The notes beneath the pieces were generated by a model. That model worked only from the letters and a program-made list of their open reading frames with translations, made no database searches and was not told where the DNA came from. Of a stretch of 36,540 bases of DNA, positions 1-8,520 are shown in pieces. How positions within the stretch are numbered: position 1 is the stretch's first letter; every line of letters begins with the position of its first letter. The position numbers were made by a program, and so were the translations under genes. The DNA lies in NCBI GenBank assembly GCA_039589035.1, contig JBDHIC010000002.1, positions 1-36,540 on the forward strand. Reading direction: 5' to 3'. The stretch comes from Gemmatimonadota bacterium. GTDB lineage: Bacteria; Gemmatimonadota; Gemmatimonadetes; JACCXV01; JAHWKZ01.

Positions 1-34
1 TCGGCTGCGCAGCGTCGGGACCGGGGAGCCGGCA

Positions 35-250
35 TTGAACCGAGTACACGAGGAGGACAGCTTGGCTGCAAAGCGAAAGGTGGAGGTGTTTAGCGCTGGT
101 TGCCCGGCGTGTCAGACCGTGATCGACCTGGTGAACCGCGTCGCTTGTTCTTCGTGCGAGGTGTCGGTCGTCGATATGAACGACGCCAAAGTCGTGCGCC
201 GCGCCGCGCTACTCGGTATCCGCTCCGTCCCCGCTGTCGTCATTACATAA
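35..250 (+). CDS. Small thioredoxin-fold redox protein (stand-alone CxxC, Thioredoxin_3-like); possibly C-terminally truncated
   Basis: 71-aa ORF with 'KVEVFSAGCPACQ' (CxxC right after the first beta-strand) and 'IRSVPAVVI', typical of ~80-90 aa stand-alone thioredoxin-like proteins. It stops directly after VPAVVIT. The frame is open to the window edge, so the start is uncertain (TTG 35 or GTG 80). Confidence 0.5.
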   Translation: MNRVHEEDSLAAKRKVEVFSAGCPACQTVIDLVNRVACSSCEVSVVDMNDAKVVRRAALLGIRSVPAVVIT

Positions 251-402
251 GCAGCAGGACCAGGTGCGCACATAGCTCGCAGTTGGAGGGGCCTGGGTTT
301 GACCGTTCAACGCTTTTCGTGGTAGGCTCGATCTAGGCACGGGATTGTTTTTGAGAGTTTGGGTCCGGTTTGACAGAATATGAAGCCAGAAAAGGGGGAG
401 TT

Positions 403-873
403 ATGCGTCAACTTGAGCATCTGTCAGTCGCCCTCGCCGTCGTGTTCACCATGACCGCACTTTTTGCATGTAGCTCGAGACAAGCCCGCCAACAGGAGGG
501 CGAGCAGTGGCACGGTCGCGTTTATCCGGCAGTAGGTGGGGAGCAGTTCGCCGAGGAGAACTCGGTGGCCAATGCAACGATGACGCGGCTCCCAGACTAC
601 TCGGTCCGAGCTACTCTTACGCTGCGGGGAGGCCTTGCTGCGGGAAGCTATCCGTGGCATGTCCACGTGGGCCGATGCGGCTCCGATGGGCCGATAGTGG
701 GCAATCCTGACGACTACCCGCCGCTCGTTCCGAGCTCGACCGAGGGACAAGACAACGCCACGGCGAGGTTTGAAGCCACGCTCGAGCCAGGAGCCGACTA
801 CTACGTCAATGTGCACGAGTCCGAGGAAGAGATCGGTAACATCGTCGCCTGCGGAAATCTAGAAATCGGCTGA
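403..873 (+). CDS. Lipoprotein with CHRD-like domain (HxH ... YVNVH motifs)
   Basis: ATG at 403 preceded by GGGGGAG. Signal peptide with lipobox LFAC. 'YPWHVHVGRCGSDGPIV' and 'YYVNVHESEEEIGNIVACGNL' resemble CHRD (and distantly Cu/Zn-SOD) signature strands. Confidence 0.6.
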   Translation: MRQLEHLSVALAVVFTMTALFACSSRQARQQEGEQWHGRVYPAVGGEQFAEENSVANATMTRLPDYSVRATLTLRGGLAAGSYPWHVHVGRCGSDGPIVGNPDDYPPLVPSSTEGQDNATARFEATLEPGADYYVNVHESEEEIGNIVACGNLEIG

Positions 874-948
874 TGTAGAGCGGCGCACGGTGACCGCGTG
901 CTCCTCGAACTCAAGGGGCTCCGGGCGGGAACCCGGGTGCGACGGGAA

Positions 949-2142
949 CTACGCGGCCTCGCCCGGGGTCGCTGATGGTTCCCGATCGAGCCACGGAGGC
1001 AGGATCTTCACCAGGCCCCAGAGGATGACGAAGGGAAGGATGAGGAGCCCTGCGGACATGAGCAGGCCCTCTAGCCCAAACAGCTCAAGCCTGTAGAGGG
1101 TCAACCCTCGCAGGCTCTTAGAGAAGAGCTGCCCTCCGATTACCACGTTCCAACGAATGCTGAAGATTCCGATGAGCACGAAGACGCCGCACATCAGATA
1201 GATGAGCCGCCGCAACTCCGGGCTCGTCTTGTCGACCCCTCTCTTCGTCAGGGCCGGCGAAAAGAAGCCCAGCAAGGTCATGGGCAAAAGCGTTCCGAGC
1301 ACCATCTGGAGGACGATGAGGCTGATGAATAGGCGGCCTCGAACCAACTGCGAGAGGATCTCGATAGACTCCTCCGACTCGTATAAGCGATGCACGAAAT
1401 CGAGCGATTCCAACGAGAAGTCGACCACCATCGCAAAGAAGAGAAACACCGCGAGTTTGTCGAGACACTCCATGTCCAGCGGTTTCCACCGGATCATACT
1501 CGCCACCATGTAGAGAAGCAGTACCAGCGCGATCCCGGATACGATGGCCGAGAACAGGAACACCACCGGCATCAGCACGCTGCTCCACCACGGGTTCGCC
1601 TTCACGGATCCGAAAATGAACCCCACATAGCCGTGCAGCAGAAACGCCGAGGGGATCCCGATGATCGTGATCCAGCGGCCGGCCCGGTCGTCGAATCGCA
1701 GCGACTTCTCGGAGAGGTCCGTCGCCCCGAGGGTCAAGGCGTAATGGGTCCACTTCTTGATTCCCCGCTCGTTTTGGGCCCACAGGACGAGGTCCTTGCG
1801 ATACTCGAACCAGATCTCCAGTAGCAGCACGACCGCGAGGTACCACAGGTAGACGAAGCCGAACATGGCCATGGCGGACTTGGTGTTGGGCGTGAGGAAG
1901 ATCTCGAATGAGCGCTCCGGGTGTCCGAGGTGCGCCAACAGCGGCAGCGGAGCGACGAGGAGAAACGCCAGGGCCGTGAGCAGCGCCAGGCGATAGGTGG
2001 GCTCCACCTCCTTCACGTTGAACACGCGTTCCAGCGACGCGAGGATGAAAGCCCCGGCCACCAACCCCGTCACGAAGGGGTAGACGACTATGAGCAAGCC
2101 CCAGGGGAGTTCGAACTCGTTCGGGTACATGTAGCCCTGCAT
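949..2142 (-). CDS. NrfD/PsrC-family polytopic membrane (quinol-interacting) subunit
   Basis: 397-aa highly hydrophobic ORF with about 8-10 TM segments. N-terminus 'YPNEFELPWGLLIVVYPFVTGLVAGAFILASL' is typical of the NrfD/PsrC/DmsC family. It starts 3 nt after the upstream FeS gene, with a GAGGTGAG RBS. Confidence 0.85.
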   Translation of the reverse strand: MQGYMYPNEFELPWGLLIVVYPFVTGLVAGAFILASLERVFNVKEVEPTYRLALLTALAFLLVAPLPLLAHLGHPERSFEIFLTPNTKSAMAMFGFVYLWYLAVVLLLEIWFEYRKDLVLWAQNERGIKKWTHYALTLGATDLSEKSLRFDDRAGRWITIIGIPSAFLLHGYVGFIFGSVKANPWWSSVLMPVVFLFSAIVSGIALVLLLYMVASMIRWKPLDMECLDKLAVFLFFAMVVDFSLESLDFVHRLYESEESIEILSQLVRGRLFISLIVLQMVLGTLLPMTLLGFFSPALTKRGVDKTSPELRRLIYLMCGVFVLIGIFSIRWNVVIGGQLFSKSLRGLTLYRLELFGLEGLLMSAGLLILPFVILWGLVKILPPWLDREPSATPGEAA

Positions 2143-2145
2143 GGC

Positions 2146-2958
2146 TTAGCTCACCTCGCCGTCCAGATTGGCGTAGTAGACCTTCGGCTTCGTGTTCAGG
2201 TGCGGTTTGAGCACCTGTATCTCGTTGAGGCGCGTGAACCGGCCGAGAGGCGTGACCCGCTGCTTGACCTCGCCGAAGATCCGGGCTCCGGTCGGGCACA
2301 CCTCGACGCAGGCCGGCTCGAGACCGCGAGTCAGGCGGTGGTAACAGAAGGTGCACTTGGCGGCGACGTGCTTCTCGGGGTGGAGCCAACGCGCCCCGTA
2401 CGGGCACGCCTGGATGCAGTAGCGACAACCGATGCAGTAGTCGTCGTCCACGAGCACGACTCCGTCCGGGGTCGTGAAGGTCGCCCCCACCGGGCACACC
2501 TGGACGCAGGGCGGGTTGTCGCAGTGGTTGCACAGCTTCGGTACAAAGAACGTACGCCGGATGCCCCCCGCGCTGACCGTGGCCGGAAAGCCCTCCATCC
2601 CGCCGTTCGGGCTGTCGACCGTCACCTCGCCTTCGGTGTCAATGACGTAACGCTCCACCCACGTATTGAAGTAGTGGGGCTCCAGCGGCACGTCGTTCTC
2701 GATCTTGCAGGCTTGTACGCACCGGCCACACCCGATGCATTTGGAGGTGTCGACGCCCATGCCGTAATAGTGCTCGGTCGGATCGTACCCCTCCTGCTTT
2801 GGCTCTTGCGCGTCCAGCTCCGGCAAGCGCACGATGCCCAGCAGGATTAGACCGCCGAGGCTGCACGCCCCGAGGGCCTCGGCGAGGAACTCGCGCCGCG
2901 CCAACGTTTCGTTGGTCGTGGGGGACGCTCCGACCTTCTCGTCCGCGTCCGTCATCAT
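2146..2958 (-). CDS. Tat-exported 4Fe-4S ferredoxin-type subunit (NrfC/PsrB/HybA-like)
   Basis: Twin-arginine motif 'RREFLAEA'. Four Cys clusters: CIGCGRCVQAC, CNHCDNPPCVQVCP, CIGCRYCIQACP, CTFCYHRL...PACVEVCP. The ATG at 2958 overlaps the stop of the cytochrome gene (ATGA); the ORF track's start at 2988 is an alternative. Confidence 0.9.
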   Translation of the reverse strand: MMTDADEKVGASPTTNETLARREFLAEALGACSLGGLILLGIVRLPELDAQEPKQEGYDPTEHYYGMGVDTSKCIGCGRCVQACKIENDVPLEPHYFNTWVERYVIDTEGEVTVDSPNGGMEGFPATVSAGGIRRTFFVPKLCNHCDNPPCVQVCPVGATFTTPDGVVLVDDDYCIGCRYCIQACPYGARWLHPEKHVAAKCTFCYHRLTRGLEPACVEVCPTGARIFGEVKQRVTPLGRFTRLNEIQVLKPHLNTKPKVYYANLDGEVS

Positions 2959-3683
2959 TCCGTCTCGGGGTAGTGGGGGTAGTGGCACTGCCAGCAGAGG
3001 TAGTCGTCACCGTGCGACGACAGTTCCACCTTCGGGATCGTCGCCGGAGTCAGTGCATCTTCGGCGTGACAAGTGCCGCAGAAGCTTCGTTCCGTGGGTT
3101 TCGTGGGGCGTACGGAACGCGGAGAGGTCTTGTGTGCTTCGTCGGCCGCATGACAAGTGACGCAAGGCAGGCGGGCGTGGTGAGACACGCCCATCTGGTT
3201 GGCGATCTGGCCGTGACAGGCGGCGCATTCCTCCGGGACGGTGGGAGGCTCGGGCGTGTGCGGGTCGTGGCACGACATGCAGGGTGTCAGCGCGTTGTGC
3301 GTGACCGGGTTGATCTGCGGGAACCCGGTCGGGCGCGACGGATCGTATCCGTGGCAGAGGGGACAGAATCCACGTTCTCTGGGAGCCGGTGGCTTCTTGT
3401 CGAGAGGGGCCTTGGCGTGTTCGGCCGCAGGGCCGTGACACACCTCGCACACGACTCCGCGGTGATTGGACGCGAGGCGTCGCTCGGCTATTCCGCGATG
3501 GCAGGTCGAGCAGACCTCGTGGCCGGCGTACTTGACCTCGTGGGCGACGACCGCATCCACCGCGGCGGCGCGGTATGGACCATCATCACCAAAGGTCTCG
3601 GGAACGAGGAGGATTCGAGCAGCCACGAACGCGGCCACGATCAACGCGAATATCGCAGCAAGGCGGACAGCCTGTTGTGGCAT
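2955..3683 (-). CDS. Membrane-anchored multihaem (8 x CxxCH) c-type cytochrome
   Basis: Eight CxxCH motifs: CSTCH, CEVCH, CPLCH, CMSCH, CAACH, CVTCH, CGTCH, CWQCH. Start chosen at ATG 3683 (MPQQAVRLAAIFALIVAAFVAA, one N-terminal TM helix) with an AAAGGAAG RBS. The 59-aa upstream extension in the ORF track looks non-coding. Confidence 0.85.
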   Translation of the reverse strand: MPQQAVRLAAIFALIVAAFVAARILLVPETFGDDGPYRAAAVDAVVAHEVKYAGHEVCSTCHRGIAERRLASNHRGVVCEVCHGPAAEHAKAPLDKKPPAPRERGFCPLCHGYDPSRPTGFPQINPVTHNALTPCMSCHDPHTPEPPTVPEECAACHGQIANQMGVSHHARLPCVTCHAADEAHKTSPRSVRPTKPTERSFCGTCHAEDALTPATIPKVELSSHGDDYLCWQCHYPHYPETE

Positions 3684-3888
3684 GGCAGCTCGCTTCCTTT
3701 GAATAGACGCCTTCGCCTGACTCAGGCTAACGACCTCCCCCTCATCCGTGTTGTCAGAGAAATGCCGCACTCGAGTGTAGGGGATCTCCTCACGATCAGG
3801 CCTAGCGTATGTTGCTCTTTTGTTAGATAGTGATAGCCGATGTAAGCGTCCGGGCAGCACGTCAGTGAAAACGCTTCAAGGGATTGGG

Positions 3889-4407
3889 ATGAAAAGAATC
3901 GGTTTGTGGCTGGGAATGCTCTCGCTCGCGCCGGCGACACTGTGGGGACAAGCTCCTCCCTGCGGGGAAGAGGACGGGTTGAGACGGCTGGACTTCTGGT
4001 TGGGCAATTGGGTGGTGAGTGTGAACGAAGAACAGGTCGGGACGAACCGGATCGAGAAGATCCTGGACGGCTGTGCGATCATGGAGCACTGGACATCTGC
4101 GAGGGGCGGACAGGGGAAGAGCTTGTTTTACTACCAGCCGGTTACCAAGACCTGGAAGCAAGTTTGGGTCACCCAGTTTGCCCTCGGCCCCGGCGGCGTA
4201 AAGGAGAAGGAGCTCATAGAGGGGTACGATGGCCCGGGTGTACGGTTCCGAGGAGAGATCCCGCTTGCCGAGGGCGGATCCTACCTGGATCGAACCACTT
4301 TGACGCCACAGCCCGATGGCACCGTGCGGCAGGTCATCCAGATCTCGCGTGATGGGGGTGAGAGTTGGGAGACGACGTTCGACGCGGTCTATAGCCATCA
4401 AGAGTAG
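3889..4407 (+). CDS. Secreted protein, NTF2/DUF1579-like fold (uncharacterised)
   Basis: ATG 3889 gives signal peptide MKRIGLWLGMLSLAPATLWGQ. 'LDFWLGNWVV...LDGCAIMEHW...GKSLFYY...WKQVW' resembles DUF1579/SnoaL-like exported proteins. Confidence 0.6.
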   Translation: MKRIGLWLGMLSLAPATLWGQAPPCGEEDGLRRLDFWLGNWVVSVNEEQVGTNRIEKILDGCAIMEHWTSARGGQGKSLFYYQPVTKTWKQVWVTQFALGPGGVKEKELIEGYDGPGVRFRGEIPLAEGGSYLDRTTLTPQPDGTVRQVIQISRDGGESWETTFDAVYSHQE

Positions 4408-4429
4408 GCAGGAAAGAGAGATAAGCGCG

Positions 4430-4777
4430 TTGCGCATCGTGCTCCTGGCGGCCGTGCTTTCGATCGCGTGTGTAACAGGTCGCGAGGAGCCCACCGAGGT
4501 TCGCATCCGCAACGTCAGCGGTTTTGATTACGACGGTCTTCAGGTCGGTAACGAGACGTTCGGCAGGCTACCGGCAGGCGCGGAAACGCGGTACCGTGAG
4601 TTTGATACCGCCTACCGTTATAACTACGTCCGGCTCGAGATCGAAGGCGACGAGATGATTCTCCAGCCGATCGATTATGTCGGCGAGATGCCACTCGGGC
4701 CGGGGCGCTTCACCTACGAAGTGAGGGTGATTGACCGTACAGCGGGTCAGCTCGACATCCAAGCTGTCGAAGACTAG
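4430..4777 (+). CDS. Small lipoprotein, unknown function
   Basis: In-frame TTG at 4430 after a GGAAAGAGAG RBS gives (M)RIVLLAAVLSIAC lipobox. Coding-like composition. The upstream part of the ORF (4316-4429) overlaps the previous gene and looks spurious. Confidence 0.5.
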   Translation: MRIVLLAAVLSIACVTGREEPTEVRIRNVSGFDYDGLQVGNETFGRLPAGAETRYREFDTAYRYNYVRLEIEGDEMILQPIDYVGEMPLGPGRFTYEVRVIDRTAGQLDIQAVED

Positions 4778-6131
4778 AGCGGCCAGCAGGGCGGGATTAT
4801 ATACCCTTCTGGGCGTGATGCTTGTCATATGTCAGCTCACGTTGGATCTCAGCTTATTGGCGGCGCAGACCAACGCGGCGGGGGAAAGCGGCACCGCCCC
4901 GGAGTTGATCTTCGAGGCTCAGTTCCGCACGCGTAGTGAGCACTGGACCGACTTCGGTTTTGGTTCCGGTCCAGAGCGAGACGACACGTTCGTACTCGGA
5001 CGGATCATGCTAGGGGCGGACCTCCGCGTCGGCCCTCACTTGCGCAGCTACATCCAGGTGCGATCGTCGTTCTTGACCGATCGGGATCTGCCGGGTGGGA
5101 AGCGAGCGATCGATGCCGACCATCTCGATTTCCAGAACGCCTTCGTTGATGTCATTATCCCCATCGAGAAGAGCTCGCGCGTGACGATCAGGGCGGGTCG
5201 GCAAGAGCTTCTTTTTGGCCGGCAACGATTGGTGAGCCCGCTGGACTGGGCTAATACAAGACGCACCTTTGACGGCGGGCGGGCGATAGTTGAGGCTGAT
5301 GATTGGAAAATCCACGCGTTCTTCGTGAGACCGGTGCTGGTTGAGAAATCGGAGCTCAACTCGAGCGATGACGATACAGATTTTTTTGGCGTCCACGCCA
5401 ATCATCCGGTAGCCGCCAAAGAGCTCGAGTATGATCTGTACTGGTTGGCTCTCGACCGAGAAACGGTCTCGTTCAATGAGACCGCGGGTCACGAGCGGCG
5501 CCACACGTTTGGTTTTCGCCTGAACGGCAAGGTTCCAGACACAGGCTGGGACTACGACGGCGAGGTCGCCTACCAGATCGGCGATGTGTCGGACGCCGAC
5601 ATCTCAGCGTTCATGATCGGCGCCGTACTTGGGCACACGTTCTCGGGGACACCCACGGCTCCACGGCTGCATTTTGGGTTCGATTCGGGAAGTGGGGATG
5701 ATGAGCCCGGTGGCGACGTCGGCACATTCAACCAACTATTTCCTCTGGGTCACGCTTATTTAGGATGGATCGATCTCATCGGCCGACAGAATGTCCTGGC
5801 GATCAACAGTGGGGTCCGATTGAAGCCGGTGCAACGCCTCACGATCATGCTGAGGGGACACCGGTTCTGGCGAGCGAGCGATGAGGACGCTCTCTACAAC
5901 GCCGGCGGTGGAGTTGTCAGGCAATCTCAACCGGATGGATCGAAGGCGGTGGGAAGCGAGTTGGACTTTTTGGCCCGCTATACATTTCACCCAACGCTCA
6001 CGGGGCTGCTTGGTTACAGCCGTTTCTTTGCCGGCGAATTCATCGAAGAGACAGGGGATGACGAGGATCCCCAGTTCTTCTACTTGTCGTTGGAGTGGAA
6101 GCCGAAGAAAGTCAAGCTTCCAGGTGATTAA
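4731..6131 (+). CDS. Alginate-export-family outer-membrane beta-barrel protein
   Basis: 'FRTRSEHW...DTFVLGRIMLGADL...HLDFQNAFVDV...RAGRQELLFGRQRLVSPLDWANTRRTFDGGR' matches the alginate_exp/AlgE-like family pattern from memory, with alternating beta-strand periodicity to the C-terminus. Start uncertain (TTG 4731 with a long signal peptide, or ATG 4818). Confidence 0.7.
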   Translation: MTVQRVSSTSKLSKTRAASRAGLYTLLGVMLVICQLTLDLSLLAAQTNAAGESGTAPELIFEAQFRTRSEHWTDFGFGSGPERDDTFVLGRIMLGADLRVGPHLRSYIQVRSSFLTDRDLPGGKRAIDADHLDFQNAFVDVIIPIEKSSRVTIRAGRQELLFGRQRLVSPLDWANTRRTFDGGRAIVEADDWKIHAFFVRPVLVEKSELNSSDDDTDFFGVHANHPVAAKELEYDLYWLALDRETVSFNETAGHERRHTFGFRLNGKVPDTGWDYDGEVAYQIGDVSDADISAFMIGAVLGHTFSGTPTAPRLHFGFDSGSGDDEPGGDVGTFNQLFPLGHAYLGWIDLIGRQNVLAINSGVRLKPVQRLTIMLRGHRFWRASDEDALYNAGGGVVRQSQPDGSKAVGSELDFLARYTFHPTLTGLLGYSRFFAGEFIEETGDDEDPQFFYLSLEWKPKKVKLPGD

Positions 6132-6167
6132 GCTTACGAGTTCTTGGTTTGGGAAAGGGGAAAGCCG

Positions 6168-6314
6168 ATGATCCTTCATCTTCTGCTCGGAGCTGCGATC
6201 GGGGCTGTCATAGGTGTAGCGCTCGGGAGTCTTTGGAAGGGCGCGCTCATCGGGGCCGTCATCGCAGGCGGAATCCACTGGTGGCGCGGTCGTGCCGGAC
6301 AGATGGGTTCCTAG
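6168..6314 (+). CDS. Small glycine-zipper membrane protein (GlsB/YeaQ/YmgE-like), 48 aa
   Basis: Not in the ORF track (<60 aa). ATG 6168 after GGGAAAGGGGAAAG. Translates to MILHLLLGAAIGAVIGVALGSLWKGALIGAVIAGGIHWWRGRAGQMGS, with TAG at 6312-6314. Confidence 0.45.
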   Translation: MILHLLLGAAIGAVIGVALGSLWKGALIGAVIAGGIHWWRGRAGQMGS

Positions 6315-6318
6315 GTCG

Positions 6319-6852
6319 ATGCGCGTGGATCTGAATCGCGGCCGCTTCGTTGTCCCGGTGGTGCTTTGCCTTTGTCCCAACGCATCGATCAGCGCGCAAA
6401 CTCCATCCGGCAACGTGCTTCAGAGCCCGGATGGGTTGGTGAGACACATCTACGACCTGGTCACATTCGAGGCCGGCACAACGCCCGACTGGGATAAGGT
6501 CAGATCCATGTTCATCGAGGATGCTGTCATCGTTCTACGAACCAGTAGGGATAGTACAACGGTGTTCTCAGTGGATGGTTTTGTCGATGACTTCGTAGCG
6601 TTTATCGAGCGGGCCGATGCCGAACGCACGGGCTTTACGGAAAACGTCATCCGCACGGAGTCGATGGAATTCGGCGACATGGCTCACGTCCTGGTGCTCT
6701 ACGAGGCCAGTATACCGGGCTCTGAAAGACCACCACAACAGGGAGTTGACAGCTTCCAGTTAATCAAGAGGGCCGATCGTTGGTGGATCGTCTCGATTAC
6801 CAATGAGATCCCCACGACAGATAGGCCGATTCCGGCAGCGCTCCGGGAGTGA
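6319..6852 (+). CDS. Exported NTF2-like (SnoaL/DUF4440-like) protein
   Basis: ATG 6319 gives MRVDLNRGRFVVPVVLCLCPNASISAQ signal. 'HIYDLVTFEAG...WDKVRSMF...DSFQLIKRADRWWIVSI' is typical of NTF2-fold proteins. Confidence 0.55.
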   Translation: MRVDLNRGRFVVPVVLCLCPNASISAQTPSGNVLQSPDGLVRHIYDLVTFEAGTTPDWDKVRSMFIEDAVIVLRTSRDSTTVFSVDGFVDDFVAFIERADAERTGFTENVIRTESMEFGDMAHVLVLYEASIPGSERPPQQGVDSFQLIKRADRWWIVSITNEIPTTDRPIPAALRE

Positions 6853-6882
6853 CCGGCAAGCCCGTCCCGAAACTCGTCTAGG

Positions 6883-7443
6883 TCATTGCGGCCACAACCA
6901 ACCGAAGACACCGGCCGTCAGCAGCGCGTAGACCAAGCCATCGACGATGCTCTTGATGGTGGCGCTCCACGCCTGTCCCATCCAAATCGCGTCCTGCGCA
7001 AAGGCGCCAGCGTAGCCAAGAAAAGCGGCCGTGCCTACAACGCGGAATACCTGCAAGTACTCCTCTCCGGGACTCAAGGTGCGGCCGGCGACATAGGCGG
7101 CAAAAACCCCGATCACCAGGCAGTAGATGAACCAGTTCGTCAACGACTTGCCCGTGGCCGGCGGACCGTTCTGCATTACTGTCATCATCCCGACCGGACC
7201 CTGGTTGTACTTCTCGATCATCTCGGGGGAGCTCATGTCCTTGTAGTTTGCCGCGCGAGGAAACGCGTATGTGCCACGCGGAACGCCGACGGTTCGCATG
7301 GCTTCCAGCAACTTGGCCTCATCGGGCAGCTTTTTGTACTCGCTCTGATGATACTTGAGCAACATGTGGATGACTGAGCTGGCGACGAAAACGAACACCG
7401 CCGAGATGATGACTGCGAGCCACAATTGCGTGAGCGGGACCAT
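6883..7443 (-). CDS. Conserved integral membrane protein, unknown function
   Basis: 186-aa ORF with an N-terminal TM, a soluble loop and 3 C-terminal TM helices. Good coding composition. No family recognised. Confidence 0.6.
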   Translation of the reverse strand: MVPLTQLWLAVIISAVFVFVASSVIHMLLKYHQSEYKKLPDEAKLLEAMRTVGVPRGTYAFPRAANYKDMSSPEMIEKYNQGPVGMMTVMQNGPPATGKSLTNWFIYCLVIGVFAAYVAGRTLSPGEEYLQVFRVVGTAAFLGYAGAFAQDAIWMGQAWSATIKSIVDGLVYALLTAGVFGWLWPQ

Positions 7444-7541
7444 CCGTGCCCCCTTGTGTCGAGGAATGGTTGCGAGTCTTGACTCCGGTCAGAGTAGGCG
7501 GGGCGATGGGCGATCGCAAGGCTTCATCAGTATGAGTTCCC

Positions 7542-8414
7542 ATGCCCGGCTGTGACTTCGGAACCCTGCGCAGCGTGTTGCTGAAGCGACCCGAGGAGGC
7601 GTTCGTCAGCCAACCGGCGATCGACCGCCAGTGGGAGACCCTCCACTACAGCGATCGACCCGTCCTTGGAAACGCGATTCGTGAGCACCACCGGTTCTCC
7701 GCGTTGCTCGAAAACCTGGGCGTCGATACGCACTATCTGCCGCGCGACGATTCGGTTGGGCTCGACTCGATCTACGTAAGAGACGCTTCGGTTGTGTGCG
7801 ATCGGGGGGTTGTGCTGGGTCGGATGGGAAAGGATGCGCGAGAGGCCGAGCCCGAGGTCCAGCGGGCGTTCCTTCAAGAGCTTGGCTGGCCAATCGCGGG
7901 GATGATACATGGGGAAGGACGACTCGAGGGTGGTGACGTCGTGTGGATCGATCTCAAGACGCTGGCGGTTGGACTTGGCTATCGGAGCAATGCCGAAGGT
8001 ATCCGACAACTTTCCGAGATCCTGGGTGATACGATCGATGAGTTGTTGACCGTGCCGCTCCCGCACTGGCGCGGTCCCGATGACGTCTTTCACCTGATGT
8101 CGATTCTCAGCCCGCTCGATCACGACTTGGCGTTGGTCTACTCACCGCTGCTCCCGGCGGTGTTTAGAGCGGAACTTCTGGCAAGTGGATTCGAGTTGGT
8201 TGATGTGCCGGACGGCGAGTTCGAGACGATGGCATGCAACGTTCTCGCCGTTGCCCCGCGCCAATGCGTCGCATTGGCGGGCAATCCAGAAACCCGCCGG
8301 CGGCTGGAAGCAGCTGGTGTTGTGGTCCACGAGTACGGAGGAGATGAGATCAGCGTCAAAGGGGCCGGCGGCCCAACCTGCCTCACCCGTCCGTTAGTCA
8401 GGGATCCCGCGTAG
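7542..8414 (+). CDS. Amidinotransferase-fold enzyme (dimethylarginine dimethylaminohydrolase / arginine-deiminase-like)
   Basis: 290 aa. 'DSIYVRDA', 'LEGGDVVWI', 'HLMSILSP' and C-terminal 'GGPTCLTRPL' (catalytic Cys) fit the guanidino-group modifying enzyme superfamily. Confidence 0.75.
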   Translation: MPGCDFGTLRSVLLKRPEEAFVSQPAIDRQWETLHYSDRPVLGNAIREHHRFSALLENLGVDTHYLPRDDSVGLDSIYVRDASVVCDRGVVLGRMGKDAREAEPEVQRAFLQELGWPIAGMIHGEGRLEGGDVVWIDLKTLAVGLGYRSNAEGIRQLSEILGDTIDELLTVPLPHWRGPDDVFHLMSILSPLDHDLALVYSPLLPAVFRAELLASGFELVDVPDGEFETMACNVLAVAPRQCVALAGNPETRRRLEAAGVVVHEYGGDEISVKGAGGPTCLTRPLVRDPA

Positions 8415-8520
8415 GGGATCGCGACTACGCCCGTAGAGGGAATCCCCCTACAGACATCGCCGTCCGTTCGGCGCTACGGTTGTTATGGTGTCAGTGAGGA
8501 CATCATAGGAGGCGATTACC

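Noticed and set aside
1118-2533. 471-aa minus-strand ORF spanning the NrfD/NrfC genes in another frame. Similar long alternative-frame ORFs occur at 1921..2850, 2799..3830 and 3007..3450.
   Set aside because: Arg/Pro/Gly/Ala-rich low-complexity translation typical of off-frame reading in GC-rich DNA. It overlaps ORFs with unambiguous family motifs (NrfD, 4Fe-4S, CxxCH).
8411-8520. Structured leader upstream of the Cys/Met PLP gene (imperfect hairpin GTAGGGGAT...ATCCCCCTAC). Considered as a SAM or Met riboswitch.
   Set aside because: I could not find core motifs of the SAM-I, SAM-II, SAM-IV or SAM-VI classes by eye. With no U-tract it may simply be an mRNA-stabilising or attenuating hairpin after the upstream gene. 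It would need a covariance-model scan.
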